Source: an uncultured Verrucomicrobiae bacterium (GTDB lineage: Bacteria; Verrucomicrobiota; Verrucomicrobiia; Opitutales; JABDGR01). Taken from it: a stretch of 64,000 nt of DNA. Location of the stretch: the NCBI GenBank assembly GCA_963765205.1, contig CAVXVB010000005.1, forward strand, positions 32,001-96,000, given 5' to 3'. Both the position numbers and the translations under genes were made by a program. Shown one piece after another: positions 58,071 to 64,000 of this stretch. Numbering within the stretch: the stretch's first letter is position 1; each line of letters opens with the position of its first letter. Below the pieces are notes generated by a model. The model was not told where the DNA came from, ran no database searches, and worked only from the letters and a program-made list of their open reading frames with translations.

Positions 58071-59347
58071 TGAAAATTATTTGCACTCCATCGAAGGTTG
58101 CGGTCAAAGAGTCTTTTGATCTGCAATACGTACTATTTGGTCGCCCAATGGTGCCCACGCTCGGCGCATCTGGGCCAACCCTTTTTAAGGATATAGAACG
58201 TTTTGGAGTTGGTCCTCCTGTTCGGGCTTGGGATTTACTCAGTATTGCTCTTGCGGTAGGAGCCGCTGATGAAGGTTGCCTTCGCAATGTTAGCAGTGAT
58301 GGGTGGACGCGGGAGATTGAGCTGCACGTTGCGGTTCAAGATGTGACTTTTTGGCGGACTCAAGGAGAGCTTTTGGAGAAAATGCTTCGCTTTCTTACGG
58401 GCGACATTTGGAACATCGAATTCTTAAAAGGGGGGAGTTCACCTCCAAAACCCAAAAAAAAGAAGCTGCGGTCTTCGCAAGAAGACTGTGTATGCCTTTT
58501 GTCGGGCGGTGCCGATAGTTTGGTTGGCGCAATTGACCTCGTCGCGAGTGGTAAACATCCGTTACTTGTGAGCCAAATTGCCAATGGTGACAAAGAGCAT
58601 CAGCGGGTCTTCGCCAATGGAATCGCTGGCCCTGATCATCATCTCCAGTTGAACCATAACATTACGGAGCCTGGCATTGCTGAACGGTCACAAAGAGCAC
58701 GTTCAATGCTTTTCATTGCCTACGGGGTCATTGGAGCAACCTGCCTTGAGCGTTATGTCAAAGGTGAACATATCAAATTATACATTCCTGAAAATGGTTT
58801 CATCAGTCTTAACATTCCCCTTACCCCGCTTCGTATGGGAAGCCTTAGCACGCGAACCACGCATCCATTTTATTTGACGATGTTCCAACAGATTTTAGGC
58901 GCTGCTGATCTAAGGGTTGGTTTTGACAATCCGTATAGATTGAAAACAAAGGGTGAATTGCTGCGGGAATGCAAAAACCAAAACCAGCTTAAACAATTTG
59001 TTTGTCAATCTACCAGTTGTGGTCGCTTCGCAAGAATGGGTTTTGTTCATTGTGGACGATGCGTGCCGTGTATCATACGGCGAGCTTCCCTTCATGCGTT
59101 TGGAATAATAGATTCTACGGAATATCGCTATGAGGATTTGTCAATTAATGATCAAGAACACCGAAATTTTGATGATGTTCGGTCAGCATGTTTCGCTGTG
59201 CGGCAAGTTGAACGGCGAGGATTGAATGAATGGATCGGCGGAGCACTTTCAACTACGCAATTGGGCGAAACAAACGACTTTAGGGAATTGCTGGACCGCG
59301 GAATTAATGAACTAAAGTCATTTCTTACTCATTCTGGTGCGCTATGA
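58067..59347 (+). CDS. qatC: QatC, QueC-like protein
   Basis: DGWTRE, LSGGADS, SQRARS, PENGFISLN, STRTTHP, NPY..KTKGE, CGRCVPC. Confidence 0.92.
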   Translation: MMKIICTPSKVAVKESFDLQYVLFGRPMVPTLGASGPTLFKDIERFGVGPPVRAWDLLSIALAVGAADEGCLRNVSSDGWTREIELHVAVQDVTFWRTQGELLEKMLRFLTGDIWNIEFLKGGSSPPKPKKKKLRSSQEDCVCLLSGGADSLVGAIDLVASGKHPLLVSQIANGDKEHQRVFANGIAGPDHHLQLNHNITEPGIAERSQRARSMLFIAYGVIGATCLERYVKGEHIKLYIPENGFISLNIPLTPLRMGSLSTRTTHPFYLTMFQQILGAADLRVGFDNPYRLKTKGELLRECKNQNQLKQFVCQSTSCGRFARMGFVHCGRCVPCIIRRASLHAFGIIDSTEYRYEDLSINDQEHRNFDDVRSACFAVRQVERRGLNEWIGGALSTTQLGETNDFRELLDRGINELKSFLTHSGAL

Positions 59348-60090
59348 TCGATTTTCATTGCCATATTGACTTGTATCCTGACCCTGCGGCGCTGATTCGT
59401 GAAGTTGGCGCTGACGGCATTTATGTTTTAGCTGTTACAACTACTCCAAAATCTTGGAGTCATTTACAACAATTGATTTGTGGACACAAAAGAATTAAAG
59501 CCGCTATTGGCCTACATCCTGAGCTTGTGGCGGAGCGTTTTGACGAGGTCGAGGAAGTATGCTCTATTGCTAAAGAAACCCGCTACGTCGGTGAAATTGG
59601 ATTGGATGGTTCTCCGAGTCTTAAAGATTCGTTTGCCCTTCAAAAGCAGGTTTTTGAGAGAATTCTGGAACGTTGCTGCGAGTTGGGAGGTCGAATTTTG
59701 AGCGTACATTCAAAACGCGCGGCGACCGAGGTTTTGAATTCCCTAGAAGCTTTTCCTAAATCCGGGAAAACTGTTTTACATTGGTTTTCTGGCACAAGGA
59801 CGGAACTCGAACGAGCAATTAAAATGGATGCTTGGTTCTCGGTCGGCCCAGTAATGCTAAGGTCGGCGAAGGGGCGTCAATTGATAAGCGCAATGCCTCG
59901 GTCGAGGCTTTTGACCGAGTCGGATGGACCTTTCGCCAGAATAGGCGCAAGTCCAATTATGCCGAATAACATGGTTGAAGCAGAGAGGGATATTGCAAAA
60001 ATATGGAACACTTCACCTGAAGATGTAAGGTCTGAGATTCACGAGAATTTTAAAAGCCTCGTCACCGGTGTTGAGAATTTCCGTGACTAG
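59344..60090 (+). CDS. qatD: QatD, TatD-family nuclease
   Basis: DFHCHIDLY, GLHP, GEIGLD, SVHS, LHWF, TESDGPF. Confidence 0.92.
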   Translation: MIDFHCHIDLYPDPAALIREVGADGIYVLAVTTTPKSWSHLQQLICGHKRIKAAIGLHPELVAERFDEVEEVCSIAKETRYVGEIGLDGSPSLKDSFALQKQVFERILERCCELGGRILSVHSKRAATEVLNSLEAFPKSGKTVLHWFSGTRTELERAIKMDAWFSVGPVMLRSAKGRQLISAMPRSRLLTESDGPFARIGASPIMPNNMVEAERDIAKIWNTSPEDVRSEIHENFKSLVTGVENFRD

Positions 60091-60142
60091 ATTTACAAGT
60101 GAATTGATTGGGATCACCGCGTGAGTCTAGCCATCCAGTAAA

Positions 60143-60847
60143 TCACATACCCAGCTTCAATTCCGGTTCCGGGTCGTCCGGTGGTGCCAAGCAACCCGGA
60201 CCCTCGCTCCGGGGCTTGTTGCCGTATCGGTTGACCTCGCGGGCAACCATACGCTTACCAGCTATCGGTTGGCAAAGTTTCTGGATGGTTGATTCCGAAA
60301 GGGGCTGGTCGCCAAGCCAGCGGAGCATGTCTGCCGGGGTCAATACAACCGGCATTCGGTCATGCAAGGTGGCAATCAACTCGTTAGGGTGGGTCGTCAA
60401 CATGCTAAAACTTGGCGGTAGGTCGTCGGCCAAGCCCGGTTCCCATATCCCGGCGATTGCAAACGGTTCCTCGTCCTTCAACATGAACACAAAGGGGCGG
60501 CTGGACTTGCCCTGGGTAATTGACTCATAGAATCCGTTGGCGGGAATAAGGCATCGTCGTCGCTGCACGGCCTCGCGGAAACTAGGCAAAGTTGTGACCG
60601 TTTCGGAGCGGGCATTGTGCAAGAGTTTCTTCTTCGGATTGCCCCGCTGAAACGAAGGGACGAGCCCAAACATCATCGGCGCAAGGGTTATCTCGGCCTT
60701 TTGCTCCGCAAACACCGGCGCAACTTCGCTGATGCGAATGTTGAAACGGTCAACCAACCACGCCGGGCGGCGATACATCTGCCCGACGGCCTTGGCGACT
60801 GCCGCCAGTGCGGCATCGGATTTGTGTAGGGTATAACGGACACACAC
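60143..60847 (-). CDS. SOS response-associated peptidase (SRAP/YedK)
   Basis: N-terminal MC.RY, NARSET, RRCLIPANGFYE, AGIW, HDRMPV. Confidence 0.92.
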   Translation of the reverse strand: MCVRYTLHKSDAALAAVAKAVGQMYRRPAWLVDRFNIRISEVAPVFAEQKAEITLAPMMFGLVPSFQRGNPKKKLLHNARSETVTTLPSFREAVQRRRCLIPANGFYESITQGKSSRPFVFMLKDEEPFAIAGIWEPGLADDLPPSFSMLTTHPNELIATLHDRMPVVLTPADMLRWLGDQPLSESTIQKLCQPIAGKRMVAREVNRYGNKPRSEGPGCLAPPDDPEPELKLGM

Positions 60848-60935
60848 GCTATGAGTTCAACCGATTTTTGATCGCGCCGCAAGTCGGACATACCAGTGAA
60901 TCCGTAGTCAAAGAACCTCGTCGAGTGTTTCCGCC

Positions 60936-61154
60936 TTACCAGTCGGGGGCGACAACTGCATTTGGATCAATGCCAACCCAACGGCACACTTCCCGGTGGG
61001 TAGTTCTTCCGTAAAGGCGTGGCTGCCGATGCGGATAGAGGGTTCCGTCCAGAAGCGCCAAGGCAATCGCGTCTTTTTCAAGCGGGATTCCCGCCTTCGT
61101 CAAACAGTTGGCGGTTCGTCGGGTCAAGCCGTTCGTTAAGCGGATGGACTTCAT
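60936..61154 (-). CDS. Small protein resembling the RNA polymerase alpha C-terminal domain
   Basis: LTRRTANCLTKAGI ... YGRTTHREV; start chosen at an internal ATG. Confidence 0.45.
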   Translation of the reverse strand: MKSIRLTNGLTRRTANCLTKAGIPLEKDAIALALLDGTLYPHRQPRLYGRTTHREVCRWVGIDPNAVVAPDW

Positions 61155-61433
61155 GCCGATCAATGGAATTTGATCTTCGTTTGGCAGCCTGTCAAAAAGA
61201 AATCCCTTGCGTATGTCGTCGGGCCTAAAGCAGTCCCCGGACAAATGACTTCCAGGTGAGTTTACGCCGGGGTCTGCGACTGCACATCTAAAACGGGACC
61301 CGCAGTCCGGGGAGCAGACGGGCGGGAGGTGTATCGAATATGGAACGCCCATTCGGTCGCCGCCCCGGTCTGTGGGGCGTCTTGATTTCATTTTGACTCT
61401 TTTCCTTGCCGTAAGCAGATTGAATTGCTTGCT

Positions 61434-64000
61434 ATGCCCGCCACCGTCAATAACTCCGGCCTGCGCGACAATTACTCTCGTGGTAATGTCGCGGATTTCC
61501 TGCGCAACAAGGTTCAGGACGGGTCGCACCTCTCGGTCGTTTCAGCTTACTTTACAATATACGCTTATGATGCCCTCAAAGACTGCCTCGACCGAATAGA
61601 CCATCTCGACTTCCTGTTTGGCGAACCCTCCTTTGTCAATCGCCTTGACCCAGAAAAGACAGAGAAAAAGGCATTTATCATTGATGCCGCCGGACTTGAA
61701 TTAGCCAACAAGCTTCAACAAAGGCGCGTTGCGCGTGAATGCGCCGATTGGATTGAACGGAAGGTGGACATCAAGACGATCAAGCAGTCCAATTTGCTGC
61801 ATGGAAAGATGTATCACGTTGCCACGGCTGGAGTAGATGACGCCATTTTGGGCAGTTCCAATTTTACCGTGCGCGGCCTTGGCCTGGGAAGCGCTGGAAA
61901 TAATATCGAATTGAATCTGATCGTGGACAGCAATCGCGACCGGCAAGAACTCAAACAGTGGTTTGATGAGCTTTGGCTTAACCCCGCACTTGTTAAAGAT
62001 GTCAAGCAAGAGGTTCTCAATTACTTAAAGCAGCTTTACGAAAATAACACCCCTGAATTTATTTACTACAAGACGCTTTACCATATTTTTGAAAAGTTTC
62101 TCGGCGATGCAGGCAAGACCGATGCTGAATTGGGTCAAACAAGTCTATTTGAAACGGACATTTGGAAAACGCTCTTTGAATTTCAAAAGGACGGAGCCAA
62201 GGGCGCAATAAACAAAATCCTTCGCCATAATGGCTGCATTCTGGCCGATAGTGTCGGCCTGGGGAAAACCTATGAGGCTCTTGCGGTCATCAAGTATTTT
62301 GAGCTGAAAAATGAGCGTGTGCTCGTGCTATGCCCGAAAAAATTGCGCGAAAACTGGACGGTTTATAAAGCAAACAGCTTGCTCAATCCTCTTATCCAAG
62401 ACCGTTTCCGCTTCGACGTTCTCTCACACACTGATCTGAGTCGTGATCGGGGTATTTCTGGCGACATCAATCTTGAAACGCTCAATTGGGGTAATTACGA
62501 CCTAATCGTCATAGACGAATCGCACAATTTTAGAAACAACACGCCGGGCAAGCGCGATGACGAGGGTAACATAATCCGCAAGAGTCGTTACCAACGCCTC
62601 ATGGATGACATCGTCAAAGCCGGTGTTCGTAGCAAAGTCCTTTTGCTCTCGGCAACTCCCGTAAACAACGACCTCAAAGACCTTCGCAATCAAGTGTATT
62701 TTTTAACGGAAGGAAAGGACGAAGCCTTTTCAGAATCTCTCGGCATTGGCAGCCTCAAGGAAACCCTGGCAACCGCGCAGAAAGTGTTCACTCAATGGGC
62801 GCGCAAGCACTCCTCGGAACGGAAAACCAGTGAGTTGCTCGAGAAGCTTAATGCTTCGTTTTTTAAATTGTTGGATGAATTGACAATAGCCCGATCCCGA
62901 AAACACATTCAGAAATACTATAAGGAGACCATCGCTCTGCTAGGCGGTTTTCCTGAGCGAAAGAAACCCGTTTCTATATACCCCGAAATTGATTTGCGGG
63001 GCCACTTCCTCTCCTACGATAAGCTCAATGATGAAATCACGGGCTATAAGCTGTCGCTTTTTAGCCCTTCCAAATACGTTTTCGATGAATTCAAACCGCT
63101 CTACCAAACTCCCTCTAATGACCCTTTTACACAGGCAGACCGTGAAAAGTTCTTAATCGGAATGATGAAAATGAATTTTCTCAAACGCTTGGAAAGTTCG
63201 GTGAAGTCATTTGAGATTACGATGGAACGCACTATCGCAAAGATTGAAAGCCTGGAACGCAAAATCCGCAATTTTCAAACCCTTCCAAACCAAAACCCTG
63301 AATCGGATGAACTGGAACTTGAACTTGATGATCCCGGCCATGATGAGGAGTTGGAAGAGGCGTTGCTCGTCGGTGGAAAGTTCAAATATAAACTTCAACA
63401 TCTGCGTCTGAATGATTGGCTCAAGGAATTGAAGAAGGACAAAGACCAACTCCGCATTTTGTTTAACGCTGCACGGAATGTAAACCCCGCCACTGACGCC
63501 AAACTGCATGAACTCAAGAAACTAATTGCAGCTAAAGTCTCCGAACCAACCACAAATAAGCTCGGCGAACCAAACAAGAAAGTTCTCGTATTTACCGCGT
63601 TCGCAGATACCGCAACTTATCTTTACGAGTCGCTTCACGAATGGGCTACAAAAGAGAAGGGAATCAACATCGCATTGGTTTGTGGCGGCGGGGACACCCG
63701 CACAAACTTTGGCGAGCGTCCATTTGACCAGATTCTGACGAACTTTTCCCCGCGCTCCAAACATAGGAGCAAGATTCCGACTATGCCGCAAAATGGGGAA
63801 ATTGATCTCCTTATCGCCACTGATTGTATTTCTGAGGGGCAAAATCTTCAAGACTGCGACTATCTCGTCAACTACGACATTCATTGGAACCCCGTTCGCA
63901 TTATCCAACGCTTTGGTCGCATAGACCGAATTGGAAGCGCAAGTCACTCCGTTCAACTCGTCAATTTTTGGCCTACGGAAGACCTTAACAAATACATCAA
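61434..64000 (+). CDS. PLD-domain + SNF2-like helicase (runs off the window; absent from the ORF track)
   Basis: Manual translation: SAYFTIYAY, LHGKMY, GSSNFT, LADSVGLGKT, IDESHNFRN, LSATP, SEGQNLQD, WNPVRIIQRFGRIDRIGS. Confidence 0.88.
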   Translation, partial: MPATVNNSGLRDNYSRGNVADFLRNKVQDGSHLSVVSAYFTIYAYDALKDCLDRIDHLDFLFGEPSFVNRLDPEKTEKKAFIIDAAGLELANKLQQRRVARECADWIERKVDIKTIKQSNLLHGKMYHVATAGVDDAILGSSNFTVRGLGLGSAGNNIELNLIVDSNRDRQELKQWFDELWLNPALVKDVKQEVLNYLKQLYENNTPEFIYYKTLYHIFEKFLGDAGKTDAELGQTSLFETDIWKTLFEFQKDGAKGAINKILRHNGCILADSVGLGKTYEALAVIKYFELKNERVLVLCPKKLRENWTVYKANSLLNPLIQDRFRFDVLSHTDLSRDRGISGDINLETLNWGNYDLIVIDESHNFRNNTPGKRDDEGNIIRKSRYQRLMDDIVKAGVRSKVLLLSATPVNNDLKDLRNQVYFLTEGKDEAFSESLGIGSLKETLATAQKVFTQWARKHSSERKTSELLEKLNASFFKLLDELTIARSRKHIQKYYKETIALLGGFPERKKPVSIYPEIDLRGHFLSYDKLNDEITGYKLSLFSPSKYVFDEFKPLYQTPSNDPFTQADREKFLIGMMKMNFLKRLESSVKSFEITMERTIAKIESLERKIRNFQTLPNQNPESDELELELDDPGHDEELEEALLVGGKFKYKLQHLRLNDWLKELKKDKDQLRILFNAARNVNPATDAKLHELKKLIAAKVSEPTTNKLGEPNKKVLVFTAFADTATYLYESLHEWATKEKGINIALVCGGGDTRTNFGERPFDQILTNFSPRSKHRSKIPTMPQNGEIDLLIATDCISEGQNLQDCDYLVNYDIHWNPVRIIQRFGRIDRIGSASHSVQLVNFWPTEDLNKYI

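Larger units (their letters stand above)
21731..64000. mobile_element. Integrative conjugative element (right end not seen)
   Basis: att core, integrase, MOBF relaxase, T4CP, VirB-like cluster, then cargo; extent beyond 44.6 kb is inferred. Confidence 0.75.

Noticed and set aside
61701..63956. Short minus-strand ORFs in the ORF track
   Set aside because: They lie antisense to the continuous helicase frame

Overview
This is an almost entirely accessory bacterial region, probably from Verrucomicrobia (an inference from gene content, GCC-ATG starts and a LexA-like palindrome). It looks like stacked integrative elements sharing a tRNA-3'-end attachment core (copies at 12253-12280 and 21731-21757). 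(1) 1-12.2 kb: an energy/pH-homeostasis cassette (phosphoketolase, class I aldolase, P-type H+-ATPase, PPK2, K+ channel) between an IS5 and an IS1182. (2) 12.25-21.76 kb: a ~9.5 kb element with a tyrosine integrase, an excisionase and a HUH Rep. It carries a frameshifted IS91-like transposase followed by five identical 53-bp repeats that separate unrelated captured DNA pieces. (3) 21.8 kb to beyond the window end: an ICE with an integrase, leading-region genes, a MOBF relaxase, a coupling protein, a ClpB-like ATPase, an AraC regulator with three matching boxes and a VirB-like T4SS. Its cargo is an AT-richer candidate RiPP cluster, imuA-imuB-dnaE2, qatABCD, SRAP and a PLD-SNF2 helicase. The two best candidates for undescribed systems are the multicore-precursor peptide cluster at 44.8-49.5 kb, whose oxygenases carry leader-like N-termini, and the IS91-associated repeat/capture array at 14.5-20.4 kb. 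All family assignments come from motif recognition by eye, not database searches.
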